Of a DNA stretch of 64,000 nt, positions 21,848 through 35,027 are shown piece by piece; the stretch's first letter is position 1; the number at the start of each line of letters is the position of its first letter. Source of the DNA: the human T2T-CHM13v2.0 reference genome, Homo sapiens. Below the pieces are notes generated by a model. The model was not told where the DNA came from and did not search any database. It worked only from the letters and a program-made list of their open reading frames with translations. The stretch lies in the NCBI RefSeq assembly GCF_009914755.1, contig NC_060947.1; one strand, written 5' to 3'. The position numbers were made by a program, and so were the translations under genes.

Positions 21848-22338
21848 TTAAATGTAAAACCTGGAAGTATTAAATCCCTAGAAGAAAACTTAAGACATAC
21901 CATTCTGGACATAAGTCTTGGCAAAGATTTCATGACAAAGTCTCCAAAAGCAATTGCAAAATAATAATAATAATAAAACTAGATAAATGAGAGCTAATTA
22001 AACTAAAGAGCCTTCTGCATGGCAAAACATACTATCAAGAGAGTAAGCCGACAACCTACAGAATGGGAATAAATATTTGCAAACTATGCATCTAACAAAG
22101 GTTTAATATTCAGAATCTATTTAAAAATTAAATAAACAAGTGAAAAATAAACAACCCCATTAAAAAGTGGGCAAAAACATGAACAGATGCTTCTTAAAAG
22201 AAGATATACTATGTGGCCAACATATGAAAAAATACTCAAAATTACTAATCATTAGAGAAATGCAAATCAAAACCACAATGAGATACTATCTCATACCATT
22301 CAGAATAGCTATTTTTAAAAAGTCACATAATATCAGAT

Positions 22339-22719
22339 TGGTATGGTTTTGATTTGTGTCCCTCTCAAATCTCATGTTGAATTGTAATCTTCAGTGTTGG
22401 AGGAGGGGGTAGTGGGAGGTGATTGGATCATGGGGATGGCCTTCCCGCATGCTGTTTTAATAATAGTGAGTGAGTTCTCACCAGATCTGGTTGTTTAAAA
22501 GTATGTAGCACCTCCCCCTGCTCTCTCTTTTTCCTTCTCCAGACACATAAGACATGCTTGCTTCCCTTTCACCTTCTGTAATGATTGTAAGTTTCCTGAG
22601 GCCTCCCCAGCCATGCTCTCTGTACAGCTGGTGGAATGATAAGCCAATTTAACCTCTTTTCTTTATAAATTACCCAGTTTCCCATAGTTCTTTTAGCAAT
22701 ACAAGAACTAACTAATACA
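22339..22719 (+). mobile_element. MSTA-like solo LTR
   Basis: TGGTATGGTTTTG...AAATTACCCAG...ACTAATACA with 5-bp TSD CAGAT/CACAT. Confidence 0.88.
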
Positions 22720-23247
22720 CACATGCTGGAGAGGTTGTAGAGAAAAGGGAATACTTATACACTGCTTGTGGAAATTTAATTAGTCTAGCCACTGTGGAAA
22801 GCAGTTTGAAGATTTCTCAAACAACTTAGAACAGAACTGTCATTCAACCCCACAATCCTATTACTTGTTATATACACAAAGTGATATAAATTGTCCTACC
22901 AAAAAGACACACGCACTAGTATGTTTATCATAGCACTATTCACAGGATCAAAGACATGGAACAAAACTAGATGCCCATCATTGGTGAACTGGATAAAGAA
23001 AATGTGGTACATATACACCATGGAATACTATGCAGCCAAAAAAATGAAATCATGTTTTTTGTAGCAACATGTATAGAGCTCTAGGCCATTATCCTAGCAA
23101 ATCAACCCAGGAACGGAAAACCAAATACCACATGTTCTCACTTCTAAGAGGGAGCTAAACAATGAGTACACATGGCTGTGATGAATGGTACAAAAGACAC
23201 CACCATCTACTTGAGGGTGGAGGTTAGAATAAAAGGAAAAGAAAAAA

Positions 23248-25187
23248 GAATTAGAGTGTATTCTCTGAAACCCTGCCACTGCTTGAACAACTAAGTATAT
23301 TTAATATTCTAAATCCTTTGTTGTTATTTTATAAATATTCACAGTATCTTCACCAGGAGTAGATTCCAGCTCAAGAAATCTCTTTGCTCATCTATAAGAA
23401 GTAACTCTTAATTTATTCTGGTTTCAATATGAGATTGCTGCAATTCAGTCAGATATTTAGGCTTCACTTCTAATTCTAGTTCTCTTGCTATCTCCACCAC
23501 ATTTATGGTGACTTCCTGCACTTATGTCTGAATCCCTCCAAGTTATCCATGAGACTTGTAATCAACTTTTTCCAAACTCCTGTTAATGCTGATAATTTAC
23601 CCTCTTCTCATGAATCAGAAATGTTCTTATTGATATCTAAAATGTTAAATAGTTTCAAAAAGATTTTCAATTTACTTTGTCCCGATCCATCAGATGAATC
23701 ATTATTTACGACATCTATAGCCTTTGAAATATATTTCTTAAATAAGACTTGAAAGTCAAATGTTCTCCTTGTTTCATGAGTGGCAAGATTTATATTGAGT
23801 TAGAAGGCATGAAAGCAACATGAATCTCTTTGTATATCCCCAGTGGAGCTTTTGGTTGACCAGGTGCATTATGAATGAGCAGTAATATTTTGAAAGGAAT
23901 CTTCTTTTTTCTTCTTGAGCAGTAGGTTTCAACAGTAGGCTTAAAATATTCAGTATCCCAATGTTTTAAACTGTTGTATTGTTCCACTCATAGAGCACAA
24001 GCATAGTGGATTTATCATATTTCTTAAGGGTCCTACAATTTTCAGAATAGTAAATGAGCATTGTCTTCAACTTAAAGTCACCAAGATTGCTAATGCCTAA
24101 TGTGAGAGTCAGCTTGTCCTTTGAAGTTTTGAAGCTACGCATTGATTTCTCCTTTCTGGCGATTAAAGACTTAGATGGCATCTTCTTCCAGTACAAAGAT
24201 GTTTTGTCTAAACTTAAAATTGGTTAATTAGTGTAACTATATTCATCAATAATCTTAGCTATTTGTTCTGGACAACTTGCTGTAGCTTTTGCATCAGCAC
24301 TTGTTTTTTCTCTTTGCACATTTATGTTGAAGAGGTGGACTTTTTTCTTAAACCTCATGGACTAACATCTGTTAGCTTTAAACTTTCCATCTGTAGCTTC
24401 CTCACCTTTCCCAGTCTTCATAGAATTGAAGAGAATTGGGTCCTTGCTCTGAATTAGACTTTGGCTTAAGGGAATATTGTTTCTGGTTTGATCTTCTATT
24501 CAGACCACTAAAACTTTCCCCATATTAGCAATAAGACTACTTCACTTTCTTAACATTTATGTATTCACTGGAGTAATACTTCTAATTGCCTTCAAGAATT
24601 TTTTTTTTTTGCATTCAAAATGTGGCTGTTTGGGGGTTAAAAGCCTATAATTTGGCCTATCTTGTCTTTCAATTTGCCTTCCTCACTCTCACTAAGCTTA
24701 ATCATTCCTAACTTTTGATGTAAAGTGAAAGATATGCTACTCTTCCTTACACTTGAACACATGGAGGTCATTTTAAGTTTATTATTGGTCTCATTTAAAT
24801 ACTATTGTGTGTCATGAAATAAGGTATCCCAAGAAGAGGAAAAGACATAGTGGAAAAGCTAGTCAGCTGCTCACTCAGAACACATACACTTGTTGATTAA
24901 GTTCTCCATGTTATATGGGCACAATTGAGCTCCAAAACAATTACAATAGTAACATTAAAAATCACTGATCACAGATCACTATAGCAGATATAATAACTGT
25001 GAAAAGCTTTGATATAGTGCAGGAATTACCAAAGTGTGACATAGAGACAGAAAATGAACATATGTTGTTTAAAATTTATCATCAACAGACCTACTTGACA
25101 CAGAGTTGCCACAAATCTTCAATGTGTAATTATCACAATATCTGCAAAGTGCAATAATGCAAAGTACAATAAAGAGAGGTGTTCCTG
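23248..25187 (-). mobile_element. Tigger1 piece 3 (decayed transposase and 5' TIR)
   Basis: ORFs 23966..24196 (YWKKMPSKSLIARKEKSM...KDKLTL) and 23790..23987 ([12 protein letters not shown]) are pogo/Tigger transposase. Terminus CAATAAAGAGAGGTGTTCCTG. Confidence 0.93.
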
Positions 25188-25315
25188 TTATGGTTTCTAA
25201 TATTTTAGTTGTCATGTAGAGTCACAACAACCACAATTATTACACAATTATTATAATATATTGTCATCGTTTCATAAAATAAAGGTCATTTTATTTCTAA
25301 AAATAAAGAAAACAT

Positions 25316-25543
25316 CACACACCAGGGCCTGCTGTGGGGTGGGGGAAGGGGGGAGGGATAGCATTAGGAGATATACCTAATGTTAAATGACGAGTTAATG
25401 GGTGCAGCACACCAACATGGCACATGTATACATATGTAACTAACCTGCACGTTGTGCACATGTACCCTAAAACTTAAAGTATAATAAAAAAAAATTCAGC
25501 CAGGAATAAATAAATAAATAAATAAAAATCCCACCTTAAAAAA
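25316..25543 (+). mobile_element. Very short L1PA4-like 3' end with extra 3' sequence
   Basis: L1 3'UTR G-rich tract and AAAGTATAATAAAA. TSD AAAGAAAACAT at 25305 and 25544. Confidence 0.9.
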
Positions 25544-25625
25544 AAAGAAAACATAATATCTAAATAAAAAAGAGCTTTACATTTGATTAATCTATTTTTA
25601 TGATAAAACCATAAAATTTTATTTT

Positions 25626-25794
25626 CTTTTTTTTATACTTTAAGTTTTAGGGTACATGTGCACAACGTGCAGGTTTGATACATGGGTATACATGTGTCAT
25701 GTTGGTTTGCTGCACCCACCAACTCATCATTTACATTAGGTATTTCTCCTAATGCTGTCCCTCCCCCAGCCTCCCAACAGGCCCCAGTGTGTGT
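25626..25794 (-). mobile_element. Very short L1PA 3' end
   Basis: Poly-T followed by ATACTTTAAGTTTTAGGGTACATGTGCACAACGTGC...GGCCCCAGTGTGTG. Confidence 0.9.
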
Positions 25795-26369
25795 AAAGCT
25801 TTTTATTTTAATGTACTCTAATTAAAAATTTCTCACAGTTTGAGATCCACTGATCTCTGAATTAAGTATGCTTATCTAATGCATTGGTTATTCAGGTTCT
25901 TCTTGAACTCTTCTAATCATTGAAAAGTCACTTTCTCCTGAAGGAAATGACTCTTACTGCTAGGAAGTATATCCTTGGGTTAAAGTGTACTTCTCTATAA
26001 TTTCAGTTATTACTACTGTGTTTCTCTAGAGGAGCTACACAAATTAATTCACGTTTCTATTCCAACATATACTGTACTTTTACAAAAATAAAACCATGCC
26101 TACTATAATTTTCTGAGAACTTTGATTTTTCTTTCCTCAGGGTCTATCAATTCATTTCTCAAAAGAGATTAGTAAAATAAAAAAAAGTCACTGTGGTTAG
26201 TATATATGGAGCTACAAATATACACAATATTTAATACAACTTAAAGTTTCATATGTTTAGCCTGGATTAATTGCTGTTACATATTATTTCAAGAGCAAAA
26301 GGACACCTTTAAAAATCTGTCAATAGGCACCCTCTGTCTTTCACTGTTGCGTCTTGCATTTTGCAAACC

Positions 26370-26817
26370 ATGTGGTAGTCTAAATAAAGATGTTTGTATC
26401 CTAATCCCTGAAACCTATGAATATATAATTTTACATGGTAAAGGAGTATTTGCATACGTGATTAAGTTAAATAATTTGAGATGAGGAGATCATTTGGGCT
26501 TATCTGGATAGGCCCAATGTAGTGACAAAGGTCCTCATGAGAGGGTGGCTGGAGGATCAGAGTTAATAGTAGGAAACAGGAGGATAGAAGCAAGAGTTTG
26601 GAGTAATGTGAAGAGGGGGTACAAGCCAAGGAATGCAGGTAGTCTCTAGAAGATGGAAAAGAGAAAAACATTCTCCTCTGGTGCCTACAGAAGTAATGCA
26701 GCCCTACCAATACCTTAAATTTAAGACTTCTTTCCTTCAGAACTGTAAAATATTACATTTTTATTTTATGCCAGTAATTTTGTGTTTTTTTTAATAGCAG
26801 CATTAAAAAACTAATAT
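26370..26817 (+). mobile_element. MLT1 (C/D-like) solo LTR
   Basis: ATCCTAATCCCTGAAACCTATGAATAT...AGCCAAGGAATGCAGGTAGTCTCTAGAAG...AAACTAATA. Confidence 0.8.
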
Positions 26818-27129
26818 GCTTCCCCAACTTCCACGTGATGTTTTCCTCATAAGATGTACTTCAAAATCATTATGCCTTCTGTAATACTTTATCAAAACTG
26901 AAGTAGCAAACATCAGGCTTTTTGTACTAACATGTACAATGCATGAAGCTCAATATTCAATTTAACAAACAGAATGATAAAGTTAACTTAAAGAAGATAA
27001 AAAGATATGATTGATAAAACAGAATATTTGGGTTGTAGAGTATCTATTGCAGCTGCTTTATGTATCACTTTACTTTGTAGCCAAATTGCCCATTCTCAGA
27101 TTCTAAAAGAGATACATTTAATTTAAAAT

Positions 27130-27336
27130 GGATCCTTCCTTTGACAAAACTTCGGATGAGACCCTAGTCCTGACCAGCACCTTGATTGCAGCCTTATGAG
27201 AGACCATGTTGTAAAGAACCTAGATATGCCATGCCCATATTCTTCACCAACACAAACTCTGAGATAACAAATGTAGATTTTAAGCTGTTAAGTTTTGGGG
27301 GATACATTTTATGCAGCAATGGACAGCTAATATACA
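27130..27336 (+). mobile_element. MLT1 (E/F-like) LTR 3' fragment
   Basis: CACCTTGATTGCAGCCTTATGAGAGACC...TAAGTTTTGGGG...TTATGCAGCAAT. Confidence 0.65.
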
Positions 27337-27569
27337 CTCACTTCTAAGAAGGACATACTGGATTGATATGAATTGCCAAATATTGTTCTGAGTGCTTTCA
27401 TACTCTACTTTGCAAGCAAAAGCCTCTGTGCTCCTCTTCTTACAGAATTTAGAGTCCTTGAGCACAGTGTCAAAGCTAGTATCAGCATTAAAATTAAAAT
27501 CTTTATCTCTGGGACTCTGAAGGGTATACTCTTCATTATATCACCACTCCTCTCTCAGCCTTCAGTAAT

Positions 27570-27832
27570 CACTCAAACAAAACTGATCATTTGCTATGAA
27601 TCCCCACAGCAACTTGTGCATATGTGCATCATAACACTGTCTCATAGACGGTTCTGTATTTGTGTTAGTCATGCGTTTATAGTCATCTTCTCTTAGTCAA
27701 GAGAGACCATCAAATATTTACTTTTCTGTTTCCAGTCTCTGTCATTATGTTTTATATTCATTTATTTAATAAAAAATAATGATTGAGATCCTATTATTGG
27801 GCAATAAATATGTATTGAATGAGTAAATGAAC
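27570..27832 (+). mobile_element. L2 3' end fragment
   Basis: Ends CAATAAATATGTATTGAATGAGTAAATGAA, like an L2 tail. Confidence 0.5.
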
Positions 27833-28056
27833 AACACAGTATAAATAATACACCTGCAACTACTAGGACAAAGAGTAAAAGAATGTGTGTGTGTGTGTGT
27901 GTATAACAGTTTCATATATATATGTAATTTGCAAATAGTAATAAATAATTTTGTATAATGTGTAAATACATGCAATAAAACAGTTTTAGATATTATATAT
28001 AATACTATATATTGTTACACCTATACTTACTAATATTGTAAATATTATTAACAGAG

Positions 28057-28136
28057 TAAGAGAATTTTGCTTGTGGTTTGATCTTCTATTCAGATCACTA
28101 AAACTTTCTCCATGTAAGCAATAAGGCTGCTTCACT
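28057..28136 (-). mobile_element. Isolated 80-bp internal Tigger1 fragment
   Basis: 70/80 ungapped identity to 24467-24546. Confidence 0.85.
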
Positions 28137-31100
28137 AATTTTTTTACATTTATTTTAAGTTCAGAAATACCTGTGCTGGTTTGTTATATAGGTAAACTTG
28201 AGTCATGGGAGTTTGTTGTACAGATTATTTTATCAACCAGGTAATAAGCCTAGTATCCATTAGTTTTTTTTTTTCTGGTCCTCTCCTTCCTCCCACCCTC
28301 CACCCTCTGATAGGCCCCAGTGTGTGGTGTTCCCCTCTATGTGTCCATGTGTTCTCATAATTTAGCTCCTTAAGTGAGAACATGTGGTATTCGGATTGCT
28401 CTGTTCCTACGTTAATTTGCTAAGAATAATTGCCTCTAGCTCCATCCTTGTTCTTGCAAAAGACAGGATATCATTTTTTTTCATGGCTTCATAGTATTCC
28501 ATGGTGTATATGTACCACATTTTCTTTTTTTTAATTATGCTTTAAGTTCTGAGATACATGTGCAGAATGTGCAGGTTTGTTACATAAGTATACATGTGCC
28601 ATAATGGTTTCCTGCACCCATCAATCCGTCATCTACATTAAGTATTTCTCCTAATATTATACCTCCCCTAGCCCCCCACCCCCGACAGGCCCCAGTGTGT
28701 GATGTTTCTCTCCCTGTCTCCATGTGTTCTCATTGTTCAAATCCCACTTATGAATAGGAACATGCAGTGTTTGTTTTTCTGTTCCTGTGTTAGTTTGCTA
28801 AGAATGATGGTTTCCAGCTTCATCCATTTCACTGCAAAAGACATGAACTCATCCTTTTATATGGCTGCATAGTATTCCATGATGTCTATGTGCCACATTT
28901 TCTTTATCCAGTCTATTATTGATGGACATTTGTGTTGGTTCCGAGTCTTTGTTATTGTGAATAGTGCTGCAACAAACACACATGTGCATGTGTCTTTATA
29001 CTAGAAAGATTTATAATCCTTTGAGTATATACCCAGTAATTGGATTGCTGGGTCAAATGGTATTTCTGGTTCTAGATCCTTGAGGAATCACAACGTTGTC
29101 TTCCACAATGGTTGAACTAATTTACACTCCCACCAACTGTGTAAAAGTGTTCCTATTTCTCCAAATCCTCTCTAGCTTGTTGTTTCCTGACTTTTTAATG
29201 GTCACCAATCTAATTGGTGTGAGATGGTATCTCATTGTGGTTTTGATTTGCATTTCCCTAATGACCAGTGATGATGAGCTTTTTTTCATATGTTTGTTGG
29301 CCACATAAATCTCTTTTGAGAAGTGTCTGTTCATATCCTTTTCCCACTTTTTGATGGGGTTGTTTGTTTTTTTTTTCTTGTAAATTTGTTAAGTTCTTTG
29401 TAGTTTCTGAATATTAGCCCTTTGTCAGGTGGATAGATTGCAAAAATTTTCTCCCATTCTATAGGATGCCTGTTCAGTCTGATGATAGTTTCTTATGTTG
29501 TGCAGAAGCACTTTAGTTTAATTAGATCCCATTTATCTATTTTGGCTTTTGTTGCCATTGCTTTTGGTGTTTTAGTCATGAAGACTTTTCCCATGCCTGT
29601 ATCCAGAATGGTATTGCCTAGGTTTTCTTCTAGGATTTTTTTATGGTTTTAGGTCTCAAGTTTAAGTCTTTAATCCATCTTGAGTTAATTTTTGTATAAG
29701 GTGTAAGGAAGGGGTCCAGTTTCAGTTTTCTGCATATGGCTAGCCAGTTTCCCCAACACCATTTATTAAATAGGGAATCCTTACCCCATTGCTTGTTTTT
29801 GTCAGCTTTATTGAAGATCAGATGGTTGTAGATGTGTGGCGTTATTTCTGAGGTCTCTGTTCTGTTCCATTGGTCTACATACCTGCTTTGGTACCAGTAC
29901 CATGCTGTTTTGGTTACTGTAGCCTTGTAGTATAATTTGAAGTCAGGTAGCATGATGCCTCCAGCTTTGTTTTTTTGCTTAGGATTGTCTTGGATATACA
30001 GATTCTATTTTGATTCCGTATGAAATTTAAAGTAGTTTTTTCTAATTCTGTGAAGAAAGTCAATGGTAGCTTGATGGGAATAGCATTGAATCTATAAATT
30101 ACTTTGGGCAGTACATTTTCCGATATTGATTCTTCCTATCCATGAGCATGGAATGTTTTTCCATTTGTGTCCTCTCTTATTTCCTTGAGCAGTGGTTTGT
30201 AGTTCTCCTTGGAGAGGTCCTTCACATTCCTTGTAAGTTGTAATCTTAGGTATTTTATTCTCTTTGTAGTAATGTGAATGGGAGTTCATTCATGATTTGA
30301 CTCTCTGTCTATTATTGGTGTATAGGAATACCTTTGATTTTTGCACATTGATTTTGTTTCCTGACTTTGCTGAAGTTGTTTATCAGCTTAAGGAGATTTT
30401 GGGCTGAGATTATGGTGTTTTCTAAATATACAATCATGTCATCTGCAAATAGAGACAATTTGACTTTATCTCTTCCTATTTGAATACCCTTTATTTCTTT
30501 CTCTTCCCTGATTGCCCTGATGAGAATTGCGATACTATGTTGAATAGCAGTGGTGAGAGAGGGCATCCTTGTCTTGTGCCAGTTTTCAAAGGGAATGCTT
30601 CCAGCTTTTGCCTATTCAGCAAGATATTGGCTGTGGGTTTGTCATGAATAGCTCTTATTTTTTTGAGATTTGTCCCATCAATACCTAGTTTATTGAGAGT
30701 TTGTAGCATGAAAGGCTGTTGAATTTTGTTGAAGGCCTATTCTGCCCCTACTGAGATAATCATGTGGTTTTGTCATTGGTTCTGTTTACATGATGTGTTA
30801 TGTTTATTCATTTGCATATGTTTAACCAGCCTTGCATCACAGGGATGAAGCCTACGTGATCATGGTGGATAAGCTTTTTGATGTACTGCTGGATTCGGTT
30901 TGCCAACATTTTATTGAGGATTTTTGCATCAATGTTCATCAGGGATATTGGTCTGAAATTCTCTTTTTTTGTTGTGTCTCTGCCAGGTTTTGGTTTTAGC
31001 ATGATGCTGGCCTCATAAAATGAGTTAGGGAGGAGTCCCTTTTTCTGTTGTTTGGAATAGTTTCAGAAGGAATGGTACCAGTTCCTCTTTGTACCTCTGG

Positions 31101-34100
31101 TAGAATTTGGCTCTGAGTCCTTCTGGTTCTGGATTTTTTTTGGGTGGTAGGCTATTAATTATTTCCTCAATTTCAGGACTTGTTATTGATCTATTCAGGG
31201 ATTCAACTTCTTCCTGGTTTAGCCTTGAGAGGGTGTATGTATCCAGGAATTCATCTATTTCTTCTAGATATTCTAGTTTATTTGTGTAGAGGTGTTTATA
31301 GTATTCTCTGATGGTAGTTTGTATTTCTGTGGGATCAGTGGTGATATCCGCTTTATCATTTTTATTGTGTCTATTTGATTCTTCTGTCTTTTCTTCTTTA
31401 TTAGCCTGGCTGGTGGTTTATCTATTTTGTTAATCTTTTCCAAATACCAGCTCCTAGATTCGTTGATTTTTGGAAGGGTTTTTCGAGTCTCTATCTCCTT
31501 CCGTTCTGCTCTGACCATAGTTATTTCTTGTCTCTGGTAGCTTTGGAATTTGTTTTCTCTTGCTTCTCTAGTTCTTTTAGTTGTCATGTTATGGTGTTGA
31601 TGTTAGATCTTTCCTGCTGTCTTCTATGGGCATTGAGTGCTATAAATTTCCCTCTAAACACTGCTTTAGCTGTGTCCCAGAGATTCTGGTACATTGTGAC
31701 TTTGTTCTCATTGGTTTCAAAGAATTATTTATTTCTGCCTTAATTTTGTTATTTATTTTTGCCTTAATTTTGTTAGTCATTCAGGAGCAGGTTGTTCAGT
31801 TTCCATGTAGTTGTGCAGTTTTGAATACATTTCTAAATCTTGAGTTCTAATTTGATTACCCTGTGGTCTGAGAAGCTGTTTGTTATAATTTCCATTCTTT
31901 TGCATTTGCTGAGGAGTGTTTTACTTCCAAGTACGTGGTCAAATTTAGAATAAGTGCAATGTGATGCTGAGAAGTATGCATATTCTGTTGATTTGGGGTG
32001 GAGAGTTCTGTAGATGTCTATTAGGTCCTTTTGGTCCAGAGCTGAGTTCAAGTCCTGAATATCCTTGTTAATTTTCTGTCTCATTAATCTGTCTAATATT
32101 GACAGTGGGATGTTAAAGTCTCCCACTGTTATTGTGTGGGAGTCTAAGTCTCTTTGCAGGTCTCTAAGAACTTCCTTTATGAATCTGGGTGCTCCTGTAT
32201 TGGGTGCACATATATTTAGGATAGTTAGCTCTTCTTGTTGCATTGATCACTTTACCATTAGGTAATGCCTTTCTTTGGCTTTTTAAATCTTTATTGGTTT
32301 AAAGTCTGTTTTATCAGAGATAAGGATTGCAACCCATGTTTATTTTTCTTTTCATTTGTTTGGTAAATATACCTCCATCCCTTTATTTTGAGTCTATGTG
32401 CGTCCATGCACATAAGATGGGTCTTCTGAGTACAGCGCCCAGGTGGGTCTTGACTCTTTAATCAATTTGCCAGACTGTGTCTTTTAATTGGGGCATTTAA
32501 CCCATTTACACTTAAAGTTAATATTGTTATGTGTGAATCTGATCCTGTAATTATGATGCTAGCTCGTTATTTTGCCCATGAGCTGATTTAGTTTTTTCAT
32601 AGTGTCGATGCGCTTTACAATTTGGTATGTTTTTGCAGTGGCTGGAACCAGTTTTCCATTTCTACATTTAGTGTTTCTTTTAGGAGTTCTTGTAAGGCAG
32701 GCCTGGTGGTGACAAAGTCTCTTGGCATTTGCTTGTCTGTAAATAATTTTCTTTCTCCTTCGCTTATGAAACTTAGTTTGGCTGGATATGAAATTCTGGG
32801 TTAAAAATTCTTTTCATTAAGAATGTTGAATATTGGCCCCGACTCTCTTCTGGCTTGTAGGGTTTCTGCAGAGAGATCCACTGTTAGTCTGATGGACTTC
32901 CCTTTGTGGGTAACCCGACCTTTCTCTTTGGCTGCCTGAACATTTCTTCCTTCATTTCTACCTTGGTGAATCTGATGATTATGTGTCTTAGGGTAGCTCT
33001 TCTTGAGGAGTATCTCTGTGGTGTTGTCTGTATTTCCTGAATTTGAATGTTGGCCTGTCTTGATAGGTTGGGGAAATTCTCCTGGATAATATCCTGAAAC
33101 GAGTTCTCCAACTTGATTCCATTCTCCCTGTCACTTTCAGGTACACCAACCAAATGTAGGTTTCGGCTTTTCACATAGTCCCATGTTTCTTGGAGGCTTT
33201 GTTTGTTCCTTTTTCTTTTCTCTAATCATGTCTTCACATTTTATTTCATTAAGTTATCTTCAATCTCTGATATCCTTTCTTTTACTTGATCGATTCGGCT
33301 ATTGATACTTTTGTATGCTTCACAAAGTTCTCGTGCTGTGTTTTACAGCTCGATCAGGTCATTTATCTTCTTCGCTAAGCTGTTTTTTCTAGTTAACAAT
33401 TCCTATAACCTGTTTTCAAGGTTCTTAGCTTTTTCACATTGCGTTAGAACATGCTCCTTTAGCTTGGAGGAGTTTGTTATTACCCACTTTCTGTAGCCAA
33501 CTTCTGTCAATTCATCAAACTCATTCTTCATCCAGTTTTGTTCCCTTGCTGGTGAGGAGTTGTGAACCTTTGGAAGAGAAGAGGCATTCTGTTTTTTGAA
33601 ATTTTTGGCCTTTAGGTTTTTCCTCATCTTCGTGGATTTATCTACCTTTGGTCTTTGATGTTGGTGAAGTTCACATGGGGTTTTTGTGTGGATGTCCTTT
33701 TTGTTGATGTTGATGCTATTCTTTTCTATTTGTTAGTTTTCCTTCTAACAGGCTCCACTGCTGCAGGTTTGCTGGAGGTCCACTCCAGACCCTATTGCCT
33801 GGCTATCACCAGCGGAGGCTACAGAACAGCAAATATTGCTGCCTATTCCTTCCTCTGGAAGCTTTGTCTCAGAGGAGCACCTGCCAGATGCCAGCTGGAG
33901 CTCTCCTGTATAAGGTGTCTTTTGACACATGCTGGGAGGTGTCTCCCTATCAGGAGGCATGGAGTTCAGGGACCCACTTGAGGAGGCAGTCTGTTTCTTA
34001 GCAGAGCTCGAGCGCTGTGCTGTGAGATCTGCTGCTCTCTTCAGAGCCGGCAGGCAAGAACTTTTAAATCTCCTGTAGCTGGGCCCATAGTTGCCCCTTT

Positions 34101-35027
34101 TCCCAGTTGCTCTGTCCCAGGGAAATGGGAGATTTATGTATAAGCCCCTGACTGGGGCTGCTGCCTTGCTTTCAGAGATGCCCTGCCCAGAGAGGAGGAA
34201 TCTAGAGAGGCAGTCTGGCTACAGCAGCTTTGCTTTGGTGGGTTTCCCCCAGTTCGAACTTCCCAGTGGCTTTGTTTACACTGTGAGAAGAAAACTGCCT
34301 ACTCAAGCCTCAGTAATGGCAGACACCCCTCCCCCTACCAAGCTGGAGTTTCCCAGGTGGACTTCAGACTGCTGTGCTGGCAGCAAGAATTTCAAGCGAG
34401 TGAATCTTAGCTTGCTGGGCTCTGTGGGGGTGGGATCTGCTGAGCTAGACCACTTGGCTCCTTGGCTTCAGCTCCCTTTCCAGGGTAGTTCATGATTCTG
34501 TCTCACTGGCATTCCAGGAGCCAAGGGGGTATGAAAAAAAAAACTGTGGCTAGCTCGGTGTCTGCCCAAATGGCTGCCAAGTTTTGTGCTTGAAACCCAG
34601 GGCCTTGGTGGTGTAAGCACCCGAGGGAATCTCCTGGTCTGCTGGTTGCAAAGACTGTAGGAAAAGCATAGTATCTGGGTGGGAATGCACCGTTCCTCAG
34701 GGCACAGCCCCTCATGGCTTTCTTTGGCTAGGGGAGGGAGCTCCCCGACCCTTTGCACTTCCCGGGTAAGGCAACACCCCACCCTGCTTTGGCTTTCCCT
34801 CCGTGGGCTGCACCCACTGTCTAACCAATCCCAATGAAATGAGCCAGGTACCTCAGTTTGAAATGCAGAAATCACCCGCTTTCTGCATTGATCTTGCTGG
34901 GAGCTGCAGACCGGGGCTGTTCCTATTTGGGCATCTTGCCAGCACTTCCCACATTTTCTTTATCTAGTCTGCCATTGATGGGCATTTAGGTTGATACCAT
35001 GTGTTTGCTATTGTGCATAGTGCTGCC
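28137..35027 (-). mobile_element. Short L1PA13-like 3' fragment (28137-28527 and 34949-35027) split by L1PA7
   Basis: Older-type 3'UTR; sequence resumes in register (CCACATTTTCTTTATCTAGTCT) after the nested element. Confidence 0.85.
28528..34948 (-). mobile_element. Full-length (6.4 kb) L1PA7-like element, both ORFs disrupted
   Basis: Perfect 13-bp TSD CCACATTTTCTTT (28515 and 34949). 5' end GCTGGCAAGATGCCCAAATAGGAAC. ORF1 ATG at 33627 (MRKN). EN and RT (FADD) fragments. Confidence 0.96.

Noticed and set aside
23549-24760. Domesticated TIGD-type transposase gene
   Set aside because: Multiple stops and frameshifts, altered catalytic-region motif (LIHNAPG), and the element is disrupted by insertions.
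28528-34948. Retrotransposition-competent L1
   Set aside because: ORF1 and ORF2 are broken into many short frames.
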